Below, in pieces: positions 8,109 to 19,200 of a stretch of 64,000 nt of DNA; the first letter of the stretch is position 1, and each line of letters opens with the position of its first letter. The notes under the pieces were generated by a model that had not been told where the DNA came from, made no database searches, and worked only from the letters and a program-made list of their open reading frames with translations. Origin of the DNA: a virus (taxonomy: Duplodnaviria > Caudoviricetes); IMG/VR virus record IMGVR_UViG_3300015360_000023, positions 64,001 to 128,000 of that record; one strand, given 5' to 3'. The translations under genes were made by a program, and so were the position numbers.

Positions 8109-11100
8109 ATGGCTAACATACCAGGCGCAACAAATGTCCTACCAGGAGTTTTTACTGACGTAATAACTCAATCACGTGGAGTATCCGTTCCTGGTGGTTC
8201 ACGTATAGCTGCAATGATCGGTGAAGGCTCTACCGACGAAACTATCGTTTCGCAAGCCCTTGGCGGCGGCCAAGATGGTTTAAATTCAAGTTATACCGGC
8301 ACTACTGGCCGAGACGGAAGACACTTCCAACTTGTTAATTTCCCATTAGTTTCTAACAGAGTTTCTATATTTAAGAATGGAATTCCACTTAATGGTCTTG
8401 AGTCTCTTATTGATTCTAATCCATTTAGCAGTAAATACGATTACAGAATTGATATTACTACAGGTAAACTGGAACTACAACGTGGTCATTTATTTGACCA
8501 AGGCGGTTCTTTCTGGACGGCTCTTTCTACTAACGTAGGTCAAGGCTCTCTTTCTAGCCTAACTTTGGTTGATGCCAATGCTCTTCCAGAGACCTGGACT
8601 GTTAGATGTGTCAAGGTTCAAAGAAACTCTCTTAATCAACCAATTGCAAACACTGCTTCCTTCCTAGCTTTCGGTTCCGTCTCCGGTTCTAAGTTAGATG
8701 CTAATGGCAATCCAATCATTTGGCTTGCTGACGGTACTGTTGTTTCTAACGGTGTTATTAGTTTCTCTATTACCGAGACCACTCCAGTCTTTAGAGAAGG
8801 TGATGCATTCACAGTTGTAATTGCTAGCGGAGTTCTATCAAGAAACGACTCTTTAACTGCAAATTATATTCCAGTCGCTATTTTGAATGACCCTCTTCTT
8901 GTTCAAGGTCTTGGTGACGTTGTCAGAAGGCACGGTCTTCCAAGCCTAAGCAACAATCTTGCTTTGGGCGCTCAATTAGCTTTCGCTAACCAGGCTCCAG
9001 CCTTGTTAACGGTTCAGGCTGCTCCTCCACTGCCAAGAAGAACCTCTTATCTATTAAACAGCGAAGTAAATGCTTTGGCTCTAGATACAGATGAGTTCAC
9101 TTTTCCGTTGCCATTCGGTGTTATTCCGGACCTTAACTCCAACATCCACTTCTTTGTTAGAAACAATGCAACTAACACTGAAACCCAAATTCTTCCTAAC
9201 AAGTTTGATTACTACCAATTAGATGAGTCCGGCCAACCAACTACTCAACAATTTATTTTTGATGACGTACCTGCTCCAGGCGGTCACTCCTACTTCTATA
9301 CTGTAAAAGAAAGCCTTGAGGCCCTTAATTATGGTGAAGATGGTTACATCGGTAGAAACTTAGCTTTCAACAATCAAGGTCTATTTAGCTCTGCTTCTAT
9401 TACTTTTGATTCCACTTACGTAGGAAAAGCTCTAAAGATTACTGAGTCTAATAACTCCGCTAACTTCGGTATCTTCAATGTTACCGCAGTTCAAAATGGT
9501 AAACTTTATGTCGTAGCCGATGATAGCATTTTCTCTCCATCTACTCTACAAGCTAATCCAGTTTACTTATCAGACTTCATTAACGTTGCAACTCCAACGG
9601 CCTCCTTCCGTGTAATTGATCCAGTTACTGGATTACCAGTCGGCGGTGGCGCAGGTACTGACGGTTACATCACCACTGTTGGTGCTACAACTGGTCAAGC
9701 AACTGTTAAGAGCGCTTCTGTTAATACTAACGCTATCGCAGGTATCTTAGGGTACAAGCTAGAGATTACTGGCCCAACTACTAACTTCACGGCAGCACAG
9801 CCAGTTGGTAACCTTGGCCTATATGATATTTCTGCTGCACCTACATTCACTGTAACTGGTGCAACAAATGCATCTCCAATTGAAATTACAACCAGCACTG
9901 CTCACGGTTTATCCTCTCAGGACACCGTAACCATCTCTGGTGTTGTTGGTAACACGGCAGCTAACGGAACTTTCCAGGTTGTCAGCACTGGTGCAAATAC
10001 ATTCACCTTAAATGGTTCAACGGGTAACTCTGCATATGTTTCTGGTGGAACTGTATATCCTCACAAGCTAACTATCACTAAGGCTATCGTTAACGAAAGT
10101 GATCTTGAATTCGAAGTTCTAGACCCAACACTTACGAGCAGCTATGTTGTTGTTAACCACAACGTAGTTCCAAACGGATATGGTCTAAGAGTAACTATCG
10201 TTGACTCTAGAGATGCAAGCTTCTACGATGCAGGCTGGATCAATGCCTTCGATGCTCTTGAAAAGGTCGAATGTGACATTCTGGTTCCGCTTCCAAAGCA
10301 AACTATCTCCATTATTTTCCAGACCGCTTTAGCTCACTGTATAACAATGAGCAATATCCGTAACAAGAAAGAAAGAGTCTTGTTCATGGGAGCAATTAGT
10401 GGTTTGACCCCTGACAACATCACTGGTGTTAAGCCGGCCGCTGTTGAAGACATCGGCGTCCTAGAAGGTATTCAAGGCGAAACCGTAACCGACATTCTTG
10501 CCGGTAACGTTGAAGACTTGGCTAACTACTCTGTTCCAGATGCCTTTGGTAACACCTTCAGAGCTGTATACTTCTATCCAGACCAGATTGTTGTTCAAGC
10601 TGGTTCTGACAATGTCTTGATTGACGGATTCTACCTAGCCGCAGCCGCTGCTGGATATGAGGCTGCCGACGTAAGACTTGAAAACCCACTTACAAAGAAG
10701 ATTCTAACCGGATTCACTATCCTTAGAAATAAGCAATTCTCTCCACAAACTCTTGAAGCCTTGGCTACAGCCGGTGTCACTACCTTGCAGCCAGTTGCAG
10801 GAGGCGGTCAGATCGTTTGGGGACGCACCACTACTCAGAGTGGATTCCCAGAAGAGCAAGAAATCTCAATTGTCTTTATCAGAGACAGGGTAGCCAAAAC
10901 CTTGAGAGCAGGATTCGAAGGTTTCATTGGAAACCCAGAATCAGTTAATACTGGTGCAATTTTGAATACTCGTGGTGTCATCTTGATGAACTCACTAGTA
11001 GCTCAAGGATTGATTACTCAGTATAAGGACTTATCTGTCATCAGAGATGATGTAGATCCAACTCAATGGAACATTACTGTTAGAGTTCAACCAACCTACC

Positions 11101-11144
11101 CAATTAACTTCATTTATATCAAGGTAAGTTTGGGACAACTATAA
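8109..11144 (+). CDS. contractile tail sheath protein (1011 aa, with inserted domains)
   Basis: N-terminal PGVFTDV...IAAMIGEG and C-terminal RDRVAKTLRA...LVAQGLI...NITVRVQPTYPINFIYIKV are sheath hallmarks. Followed by the tube gene. Confidence 0.9.
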   Translation: MANIPGATNVLPGVFTDVITQSRGVSVPGGSRIAAMIGEGSTDETIVSQALGGGQDGLNSSYTGTTGRDGRHFQLVNFPLVSNRVSIFKNGIPLNGLESLIDSNPFSSKYDYRIDITTGKLELQRGHLFDQGGSFWTALSTNVGQGSLSSLTLVDANALPETWTVRCVKVQRNSLNQPIANTASFLAFGSVSGSKLDANGNPIIWLADGTVVSNGVISFSITETTPVFREGDAFTVVIASGVLSRNDSLTANYIPVAILNDPLLVQGLGDVVRRHGLPSLSNNLALGAQLAFANQAPALLTVQAAPPLPRRTSYLLNSEVNALALDTDEFTFPLPFGVIPDLNSNIHFFVRNNATNTETQILPNKFDYYQLDESGQPTTQQFIFDDVPAPGGHSYFYTVKESLEALNYGEDGYIGRNLAFNNQGLFSSASITFDSTYVGKALKITESNNSANFGIFNVTAVQNGKLYVVADDSIFSPSTLQANPVYLSDFINVATPTASFRVIDPVTGLPVGGGAGTDGYITTVGATTGQATVKSASVNTNAIAGILGYKLEITGPTTNFTAAQPVGNLGLYDISAAPTFTVTGATNASPIEITTSTAHGLSSQDTVTISGVVGNTAANGTFQVVSTGANTFTLNGSTGNSAYVSGGTVYPHKLTITKAIVNESDLEFEVLDPTLTSSYVVVNHNVVPNGYGLRVTIVDSRDASFYDAGWINAFDALEKVECDILVPLPKQTISIIFQTALAHCITMSNIRNKKERVLFMGAISGLTPDNITGVKPAAVEDIGVLEGIQGETVTDILAGNVEDLANYSVPDAFGNTFRAVYFYPDQIVVQAGSDNVLIDGFYLAAAAAGYEAADVRLENPLTKKILTGFTILRNKQFSPQTLEALATAGVTTLQPVAGGGQIVWGRTTTQSGFPEEQEISIVFIRDRVAKTLRAGFEGFIGNPESVNTGAILNTRGVILMNSLVAQGLITQYKDLSVIRDDVDPTQWNITVRVQPTYPINFIYIKVSLGQL

Positions 11145-11155
11145 GGACTAACTAA

Positions 11156-11869
11156 ATGACTACTGCACCAAATACAGGTTCTACTACATCAGTTAACGGA
11201 TCAGTTAACAAGACCAGTACGGCCATTTCTACTAACATCATTATCATGGTAAATAACACTGCTGTCGGTGCTATTCAGTCCATGGCTATCTCTGAGAAGA
11301 GAGGCATTAAGATGATTGATGAAGTTGGTACAGACGGTCATATTGATTCTGTTCCAAACGTTTCAACTAACATCTCTGGTACTTGCCAAAGAGTTAGATT
11401 TGACAGACTAAGAATTACCGAAGCTTTCAGCAGAGGATTCATTCACGTTGCATCTCAAGTTTATCCATTTGACATTGTCATCTTGGATAGACAAAAGAGA
11501 GCACAAGCTCTTCAAATTTCTACGGTTATCAAGAACGTATGGATCAACGGTATCGATTACACTTATCAAACCAGCGACTGGGTTATCACTGACTCTATGA
11601 CCTGGGAAGCAGAAAGCATCTTCAGCATTCTTAACGGTGGAACTTCTCCAAACTCTGGTGGTGTCCCTGTTGCAGTTGGTGGTGAAAGAGGCATTAGACA
11701 TATGGGTGGTGGCCTTAACGGTGACCGTACCATTATCAGCGGTAACGATGTTAGTGGCCAAGCTATTCAGAACATTGAACAACTTGTTGACACTGGATCT
11801 AGCGGTAGAAGAGGTTCTCTTGATGCAGCCGGTCTTATTGACATTGGCAGCTCTGGCGATCTATACTAA
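11156..11869 (+). CDS. tail tube protein
   Basis: Follows the sheath. IIIMVNNTAVGAIQSMAISEKR...TCQRVRFD...VIKNVWINGIDYTYQ...ITDSMTWEAE fits the T4 gp19-like tube pattern. Confidence 0.8.
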   Translation: MTTAPNTGSTTSVNGSVNKTSTAISTNIIIMVNNTAVGAIQSMAISEKRGIKMIDEVGTDGHIDSVPNVSTNISGTCQRVRFDRLRITEAFSRGFIHVASQVYPFDIVILDRQKRAQALQISTVIKNVWINGIDYTYQTSDWVITDSMTWEAESIFSILNGGTSPNSGGVPVAVGGERGIRHMGGGLNGDRTIISGNDVSGQAIQNIEQLVDTGSSGRRGSLDAAGLIDIGSSGDLY

Positions 11870-11891
11870 TCTAACTCCCCTATAAACAAAT

Positions 11892-11936
11892 AAACAGCCT
11901 GTTATTGATATATAATCAATAGCAGGTTTTGTTTTT
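11892..11936 (+). terminator. hairpin plus U-tract, a probable intrinsic terminator or regulatory hairpin
   Basis: CCTGTTATTGAT (11898-11909)/ATCAATAGCAGG (11915-11926) forms a 12-bp stem with one G-U pair and an ATATA loop, followed by TTTTGTTTTT. Confidence 0.65.
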
Positions 11937-11946
11937 GGAGTTAAAT

Positions 11947-12618
11947 ATGCCTAAATTTGATAGTCCCATTGGTAGTAAAAGTTTTGCCGGTCAACAATTG
12001 AGGGAATTTGATATTCCAGAAGGTGGAATGCAATTTGGTAGCCCTCCAGCCGGTAATAATCCCGCTGGTCGTCTTGGTGGGTACGCCCCTCAAGTTGATG
12101 CTGCGCTCGAATTTCAAGAAAGAATGGAGCACGAAAGCAATCAAGAAGTAGCTGAAATGGAAAGATCCATTAAGGAGGCTCGTGATGCTCGTAGAAGCGG
12201 TAAAGTGCGTTTAAACGAGGGAGCCAGGCGCCGCATTGAGATGCTCGTGGGTATGAGTAGAAGCACGCGAGAATTTGAAATAGACGGCAACAAATACGCT
12301 ATGCAGACACTTAGTTCCAAGGAGATGAGGGTAGCTATTCTAGAAGCTTCGGCTTTTGATGGCTCTGTTCAATCTCCATTTGAAGTAAGAAGACAATTCC
12401 TTGCATATTCGCTTACCCAAGTAGCTGGACTAGATATTGTTCAGTTTGTAGGGTCTAATGATATGGACGCTAAATTAGAACTAATTGATAGTTTGGATGA
12501 GGCCTTATTAAATAGATTATACGATGAATACTTGATAATGGTAACTGAGGCTAGAGATAAATACTCTATTAAATCAGATGAAGATGTCAAGGAGGTAATG
12601 GAAGACCTAAAAAAATAA
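11947..12618 (+). CDS. tail assembly chaperone (lambda gpG analogue)
   Basis: Sits between tube and tape measure. A GGAG SD favours ATG 11947 over the track start at 11929. The ORF ends CTA AAA AAA TAA. Confidence 0.75.
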   Translation: MPKFDSPIGSKSFAGQQLREFDIPEGGMQFGSPPAGNNPAGRLGGYAPQVDAALEFQERMEHESNQEVAEMERSIKEARDARRSGKVRLNEGARRRIEMLVGMSRSTREFEIDGNKYAMQTLSSKEMRVAILEASAFDGSVQSPFEVRRQFLAYSLTQVAGLDIVQFVGSNDMDAKLELIDSLDEALLNRLYDEYLIMVTEARDKYSIKSDEDVKEVMEDLKK

Positions 12619-12650
12619 TATATGAACCGGAACATCGTTTCACCTGGTTC
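12609..12650 (+). promoter_or_regulatory. -1 programmed ribosomal frameshift signal (A AAA AAA plus downstream hairpin)
   Basis: Seven A at 12609-12615 in X XXY YYZ phase. An 8-nt spacer is followed by a GAACCGG (12624-12630)/CTGGTTC (12644-12650) stem. The -1 frame is open into ORF 12699-12986. Confidence 0.8.
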
Positions 12651-12986
12651 CTTTGTAAGAAGTACCAGAAACTGCCTGATGATCCATTCATAATTGATAT
12701 GGACCCGGTTCAAAGAGTCTGGCTCTTCAATAATTGGATAGCCGATCAAAATGATAATGCGGAACTTGCCAAGAATCACGCATATCTATTAGCATCCTTT
12801 TGGAATCCAGAGGCTGTCAAGCAGATATTGGGCGACAACAATGTTCACGAATCAACGGAAGAAGAATATGAAGAGTCTCTTGATATCGTAAGAAATCAAA
12901 GCCTTTCTCTACTGCCAGTGAAAGAAGCAACCCAGGAAGAACCACAAGTAAGAAGAAGACGCAGACCCCTAGCTACTAAGGCTTAA
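12609..12986 (+). CDS. frameshift extension of the tail assembly chaperone (gpGT analogue)
   Basis: The -1 frame reads KKIIYEPEHRFTWFLCKKYQKLPDDPFIIDMDPVQRVWLF... with no stop until 12986. ATG 12699 has no evident SD. Confidence 0.75.
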   Translation, partial: KKIIYEPEHRFTWFLCKKYQKLPDDPFIIDMDPVQRVWLFNNWIADQNDNAELAKNHAYLLASFWNPEAVKQILGDNNVHESTEEEYEESLDIVRNQSLSLLPVKEATQEEPQVRRRRRPLATKA

Positions 12987-12990
12987 ATCA

Positions 12991-15240
12991 ATGACAGAAC
13001 CTACAACACCAACAGTACCTGTCCCTACAGAAGAAGATATTGCTAAATCAAAATCTTATAATGAAGTTACTGCTAGATCTGTTCAAATTCTTGGCGCCTT
13101 TAATGGGGTAGGGAATGAAGCCAAAAATGTTATATCTGAATTTAATAACAGATTAGCTAAAGCGGCTGGAGCTTTTAAAGATCATCATTCTATGACGCAA
13201 GCGCAAACTGCCGCTTTTGGTATGTTAAGTTCTGCCATTATTGGTGCTAGAAAATCTTTTGATGGACTTGCTAATGTTGATACCACTGGATTAGAAACAT
13301 TTTCGAGCCAATGGAAAGATTTATCTGATATGGTAGATGGCTCGCCTCTTGGTAATGTAGCTTTAGACTCTATGAAGAAAATTGCTATGGGGTTGGGGAA
13401 AACCAAAGAAGAAGTTGGTAAAATGAGCCTCGCCGGTCTTAGTAAATTTGGAGCTTCATTTTTAGAGAGCGCTGATAATGGGCTTAGATTACAAAATGCT
13501 ATGGTTAACCTTGCTGCAAAAACTGGTAACCTAGATAACATTTTCAAAGCTGCCGGACCTAATCTAAACAATATCAATTCGCTTTTGCAGAATCAACAAA
13601 AGTCACTTACTGAAACAGCCGGAGCTACCGGATTAAATGCAAAAGCAGTTGAACAGTATTATTCTCAACTCGGAGCTGTACCCGGCGCCCTAGAAGCTAC
13701 TGTTAAAAGTAGTAATAATGCTAATGATAGTACTAGCATGTTAACTGCTAGTATCCAATTGGCAAAAGGCTCTGGAAGGGCTTATGCGGACGTTGTTGAT
13801 GATTTAAAAACGGCATTCGACAATTACAATTTAAAGGGAGAGGCGGCGCTTAAATTCACTGCCAGAATAAGTGAGCTTTCTAGTAAATTTGGTATCGAAC
13901 TATCTGAAGTTAAAGGTGCTTTGAGGAGCACTGCCGATATGTTTAAAATGTTTGGTAATGAATCTGAAGGTGCCGCTAAGATGATGAACAATTATCTTGG
14001 AGCATTAGAGAAGACTGGTATCAGTGGTAAGACAGCTCTCGATGTTATGAGCGGTATGACTCAAGGTATTAAAGGAATGACTCTAGCTCAAAAATCTTTC
14101 CTATCTGCTCAAACAGGAGGCCCCGGTGGATTAGTGGGCGGCTTCCAAATCGAAAAGATGATGCGTGAAGGTAAGATGGACGAAGTAATGGAAAAAGTCC
14201 GCACGCAGATGAAGAAGCAAATGGGTAACATCGTTACTTTAGACGATGCAGCTAAAAGCCCACAAGCAGCCGCCCAAATGACAAAGCAAATGGCTATTCT
14301 TCAGCAAGGCCCAATGGGTAAATTCGCTAAAGATGATCAATCTGCCATGAGAATTTTGGAAGCCTTTAAAGATAGAGAAAAAGGTGGTTCAGTTCAAGAT
14401 TTATCTAAGAGTATTGTCGAAGACAAAATGAAAGCTGGCGTAGACTTGCAAGAAAAATCGGTTACAGAACTTACCAAAATTAGAGAGTTGCTACAAGGTA
14501 ATCAGGGTTTTGCTAATATGGCTAATCTAACTACTGCTCAGCATGGATTTACGGCCGGAGTAGGTACAGCAATTACTGGTGGAGATTACAATAGAGAACA
14601 TAGACGCAATCTAAAGAAGAGTACGGCTAAGGCTACTCGTATGAGCGGCGATACAACTGGTCGTTTTGGAGATGGCACCAATAATATTGGAACTTGGGGC
14701 ATGGAGCAAGGCAAGAATTTCAAAGAAGTTTTTGATGAGTTAGGCCCAGCTTTAAAAGCACCTATTAATAAAATCAAAGAATTATTGAAATCAAAGAAGC
14801 CCGAAGATGCTCATAAAGAATATGAAAAATTCATGGCAGATATTGAGAAGAGAAAGAAAGAACTAAAGGATCAACCAGCTTTAGTTAGAGCGCAAGGATT
14901 ACAAAACATTGCACGTGATGAAGATGCAATGAAAGGCGCTTATGGAACATTAGCAACTACGGGTGGTGCTGCTGGCGATAAAAAGATGATGGCCCCGGAT
15001 ATGACTGTCTATCCTTCTGCCGTAGGTAGCTCCGCAGATGCTGTAAGCGTTGCCGCTAATAGAGCTGCTGCTTCTAAGAAGAGACAAGATGGTACTCCAC
15101 AGAGTGGGGCCACAGAAAGCAAGGACGCCCCGGCAGGGCAGAACATTACGGTTCATGTAGAAGGTATGTGTATAAATTGTGGCGAGAAGATGAGACATGG
15201 TAGCAACGGATCCTCGGTGGGATCTGGGATTGCCAAATAA
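12991..15240 (+). CDS. tape measure protein
   Basis: Ala/Gly/Lys-rich and helical, located directly after the chaperone pair. Confidence 0.8.
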   Translation: MTEPTTPTVPVPTEEDIAKSKSYNEVTARSVQILGAFNGVGNEAKNVISEFNNRLAKAAGAFKDHHSMTQAQTAAFGMLSSAIIGARKSFDGLANVDTTGLETFSSQWKDLSDMVDGSPLGNVALDSMKKIAMGLGKTKEEVGKMSLAGLSKFGASFLESADNGLRLQNAMVNLAAKTGNLDNIFKAAGPNLNNINSLLQNQQKSLTETAGATGLNAKAVEQYYSQLGAVPGALEATVKSSNNANDSTSMLTASIQLAKGSGRAYADVVDDLKTAFDNYNLKGEAALKFTARISELSSKFGIELSEVKGALRSTADMFKMFGNESEGAAKMMNNYLGALEKTGISGKTALDVMSGMTQGIKGMTLAQKSFLSAQTGGPGGLVGGFQIEKMMREGKMDEVMEKVRTQMKKQMGNIVTLDDAAKSPQAAAQMTKQMAILQQGPMGKFAKDDQSAMRILEAFKDREKGGSVQDLSKSIVEDKMKAGVDLQEKSVTELTKIRELLQGNQGFANMANLTTAQHGFTAGVGTAITGGDYNREHRRNLKKSTAKATRMSGDTTGRFGDGTNNIGTWGMEQGKNFKEVFDELGPALKAPINKIKELLKSKKPEDAHKEYEKFMADIEKRKKELKDQPALVRAQGLQNIARDEDAMKGAYGTLATTGGAAGDKKMMAPDMTVYPSAVGSSADAVSVAANRAAASKKRQDGTPQSGATESKDAPAGQNITVHVEGMCINCGEKMRHGSNGSSVGSGIAK

Positions 15241-15248
15241 GGAGCAAA

Positions 15249-16199
15249 ATGGGCTTTAATGATTTCGTAAAAGGGGTTGAGGGCCTTAATAATGCTCTCG
15301 ATCTAAATAGTAACAACAATCCACTTACTGGAAGCCAACAATCTAACTTTAAGTCGGACGGATTTTTGTTGCCAGCAACCTTTTCAGCGGATGGTAATGG
15401 CTTGCCTTATAATAAGGCTCCTAGCTATAAGTCTGGACAGATTAAACGTAATATCATTACTTGGTTCGTTCCTGAATTTGGTATCGTTAGAATGTTTATT
15501 AATCCTTCTTCTATAAGTTATAGTCATAAAAAATTAATCAGTAAAGATAGAACTAAGGGTGGATATACTCTACAATATTGGGGAGAGGATTTAACTACTC
15601 TTAGCATCTCTGGAACTACAGGAAGCTCTGGTGTTGAAGGCATTAACGTTTTATATGAAATTTATCGTGCGGAACAATATGCATTCGATGGGGTTGGTTT
15701 GACTCTAGCTGCAAACAATGCTTCAGCCGATCTAGCTAATAATTTAGTAACTGGCGCGGGTGGGGCCCTAGGCAAGGCCGTAGGCGGTTTGTTTGGAGCC
15801 AAGGACCAAGGAGCTGCTGCTGCAATGGGGGGCGGATTATTGGGAGGAATCTTGGGCGTTAGCTCACCTAACAATAACCTTTCAGCAAAGAATATCCCTT
15901 CTTTGGCCCAATTGGCCTTTACAGTTGAGATGTTTTACAATGGCTGGGTTTATCGTGGATTCTTTGATAATATGACTGTTAATGAAAGAGCTGACAACTT
16001 TTTGATGGAATACACCCTTTCATTCGTTGCTACTCAAAGAAGAGGTTATAGACTTAATTACTTCCCTTGGACGCACAGCGCTAAGGACGGTCCAAGTCAA
16101 TATACATCACCTAAGTCTTTTAAGCCCGAAGTTAGCAGCGGTCTCGTTCCATTCCCTCCTGGCAAGCCATTAATATCTGGTATAAAGAGTGAGTTTTAA
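15249..16199 (+). CDS. tail tube initiator / baseplate tube-fold protein
   Basis: MFINPSSISYSHKK...RTKGG...QYWGEDLTTLSISGTTG and YRGFFDNMTVNE...EYTLSFVA fit the tube-initiator pattern. Located after the tape measure. Confidence 0.65.
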   Translation: MGFNDFVKGVEGLNNALDLNSNNNPLTGSQQSNFKSDGFLLPATFSADGNGLPYNKAPSYKSGQIKRNIITWFVPEFGIVRMFINPSSISYSHKKLISKDRTKGGYTLQYWGEDLTTLSISGTTGSSGVEGINVLYEIYRAEQYAFDGVGLTLAANNASADLANNLVTGAGGALGKAVGGLFGAKDQGAAAAMGGGLLGGILGVSSPNNNLSAKNIPSLAQLAFTVEMFYNGWVYRGFFDNMTVNERADNFLMEYTLSFVATQRRGYRLNYFPWTHSAKDGPSQYTSPKSFKPEVSSGLVPFPPGKPLISGIKSEF

Positions 16200-16211
16200 G
16201 TAAGGATAATA

Positions 16212-19200
16212 ATGAGTTTTTTAGGCAAATTAGCTAATCAATTAAATAGCCAATTTTCTGTTGGTGAGAATCAGAATCATACACTAGACACTGACGGTCA
16301 AAAGTATGGTGTATTGGGGGATTTTGCCAAAAAATTCGATCATTCTTCTGAAAGAAGATATGTAGAAGAAGGATATCTTAGAAGAGATCCCTTCAATACA
16401 GACCCTAAGCAATTTGAAGTTCTTATGCAAGAACCAAATGCTACAGTTTTGGTTAAGAAGAGAATGTTTTCTTCTGTCAACGAAAACTATAGACCGGATT
16501 TCATGGATGCTGATGAAAAGTTGTATTTCAAAGCAATGAAGATCTTGTTTCAAAACAAGTGTCGCCAAATTTCAGCGTTAGAAAAACTATCTAAAATTCA
16601 GAAAATTACAGAGTCTGTTGGTAGTGTTGCTGACCAGCTTATGCCAATCATCATTAGCTTAAGTGATGAAGCTAATGCTGGGTTCCCTGATTTACTGGGT
16701 GGCGGCAAGAATGATTTATTTGGACAAATTAACAATCCAGGCGATGTTAGTAAATTTGCTAAGGTAATAGATAGAGTTAGAAGAGTCTATGCTTTCAATA
16801 CGACTAATAGTTTAACAACCTGGATCACCGATCCCACCAACATGTTTCAATCTCAGTTCGGACAAGGTACTGGAGTTATTGAGATAACTAATTTCACTAA
16901 TCTAAATACTTCTGCGACCCTTGATATTAAAACTCCAGGTAACTTTAGCTTAAACATAGTGGATCCTTATGAAGCTATGTTAATTACTGAATATGATATT
17001 GAAAGAGCATTGAGTGATGCCACTAATTCTTTTTATAATCATAAGATTTTCCAATTCGGTAAGAATAGCGCAGATCAAATTATTGCCGATACTACTACAA
17101 GATTAAATCAGCTTAGAGCTTTAAGAAAAGTAAGTCCAATTAGTTTTAAGATCAACCCTGATACCTTATTAGGCCGCAGAGTTGTTGCCGTTGTAGATCG
17201 ACAGGGGCTTGAAATTCCGTTTAACTATAATGGTGGCGGAACAGGTGGTGGCGGTGCGAGCGCATCGTCTTTTGCTGGTATTGGCGGACTTGGCGGAGGC
17301 GTAGACGTTTCTGATGCATATCTTATTCATGGAGAGATTCTAGGTCTTGATGGATTAGATACAGAGCGTAAGGGACATCTTGGTCCAGATAGCAATATCA
17401 AGGCGCTATTCCCAGAATCAGAACTATCTGTATTCGGCAGATTGGTTACAGCTATTTTTAGCAAGCTCTCTCTTGAGGCTAATTCACGCGGAGCTTTCGT
17501 AACAAGCAACAAACTTACTAACTATGCTCGTCGTAAGCTTAGATTCAATTTTTCTGGTAAGCTTATTATTCAACCAATGGATACAGTTCATATTTATATG
17601 AACTCCAAAAGTAGATTTGATGGCAAGCTACTTAGCGGATTGAATAATATGTTCACTGGAGCAGGGATTCTTCAAAATCTAAATAAGACTATTACTGATT
17701 TAAAAAATTCTTTTGATACTGTTTTTAATCCGGGAGGCAGCGTTAATCTACAAGTAGAGAAAGCAGCTTTCGTTGGTTCAGATTTTCCTAATTATTTATG
17801 GTCAGTTATTAGAAATCAGTTCGTAAATGAAAAAGAAGGTACTCATGTTTTCGCAGGTATCGTCCAAGGCGCATCAGATAGTTGGAGTGATGGTAAGTTT
17901 ACTGTCTCTGTAAATGGAACCGATAATAGTGGCTATTTTGAAATGGGTAAAATAAATTTTAAACCAAGTTCAGATGTATTCAATGGGTCACTGTTTGATC
18001 CATTAACCCCTTTTAAATCAAAATTTGATTCTATTAGCAGTGTAGGCGGCGGGGACTCTCCAACTTTATTACTTGAAAATCAATATTTGCTTGGGACATC
18101 TCAAGATTCAGACTCGGCTCTTGTGAAATTTAAGCTTGGTCCAAATGCAGGAAAGCCTGCCCGCTCAGATAATGTCGATCAAGATGTTCATATTGATGAA
18201 TCAACTCGCGCCTTGAGTAAAGTTTTTTATGCCCCTGATGGGTTGGTCTATAAATGGAAAGAGGGTATTGGTACATTAGTTCAATTTGGGAGTTCTATTG
18301 AGGCAAATAATCCAAATAGAGTTGGTAATCAATCTATTGGTAAAGAACCATTTGCTGGTCAAGATATAATGAATGTTTTGTCTTTGTTAATTACGGCGCA
18401 GCCCTATAACTTTGCCAATTATTGGAAAGCGGTTTCCAATTTTGATGGGTTCCAAAGAGACCCTCAGAGTCAACAAGATTCTGCCTATTCTTTTTTTGAT
18501 TCTTTAAAACGCGATCTTGCTAAAAGTAATTCTGTTTGGGGCAACTTTATTCCATTTAAAACACTATCTATTAGTGAAGAGTCATTTGCTGGTATGATGA
18601 GTTCTCAATTTTCATACGTAAGAGATAATAAAGATTTAGATGCCAAGCTTAAAAAGCTTGCCGACGCTAAGGCTGCCGCACGTATATTTGCAAATGGAAA
18701 AGCTATTGCAACTGCTGATACAAGCAAATATAATGCAAATCAACTTCAAGCTCAGGCAGAAGCTGATAAACTTGAAGAAGATACGACTGCTCTGATTGCG
18801 CGTCTCCAAGAAGGTGATAAATTCAACAACTCAAGAACGCAATTTGGTAGTGATGTATCATATGATTTTAATGAGTTTCTAAATGCAGGAAATCCTAATA
18901 AGCAATTATCAGATGCAGCCACTCGTAGATTACTTAGACGACAAATAAATTATTTGACTCGTAGAATGTCTTACAACGTAAGGGCTAATGAAGATAAAAA
19001 TCTTTTCATTGTAGATGATTCTTACGATAAAGATTATGATATCGCCGCTTTTGAACAATCATTAAATAGTGAAGGCCTTAAGCTTTTCAATAATGAATTT
19101 AACAGTGTTAAAGAAAAGATTGTACAAACTGCCGACCTTCTTAATATGGAGGTATTTGCTGATACACAGGGGCACATCCGTGTACGCTCGCCTCAGTATA

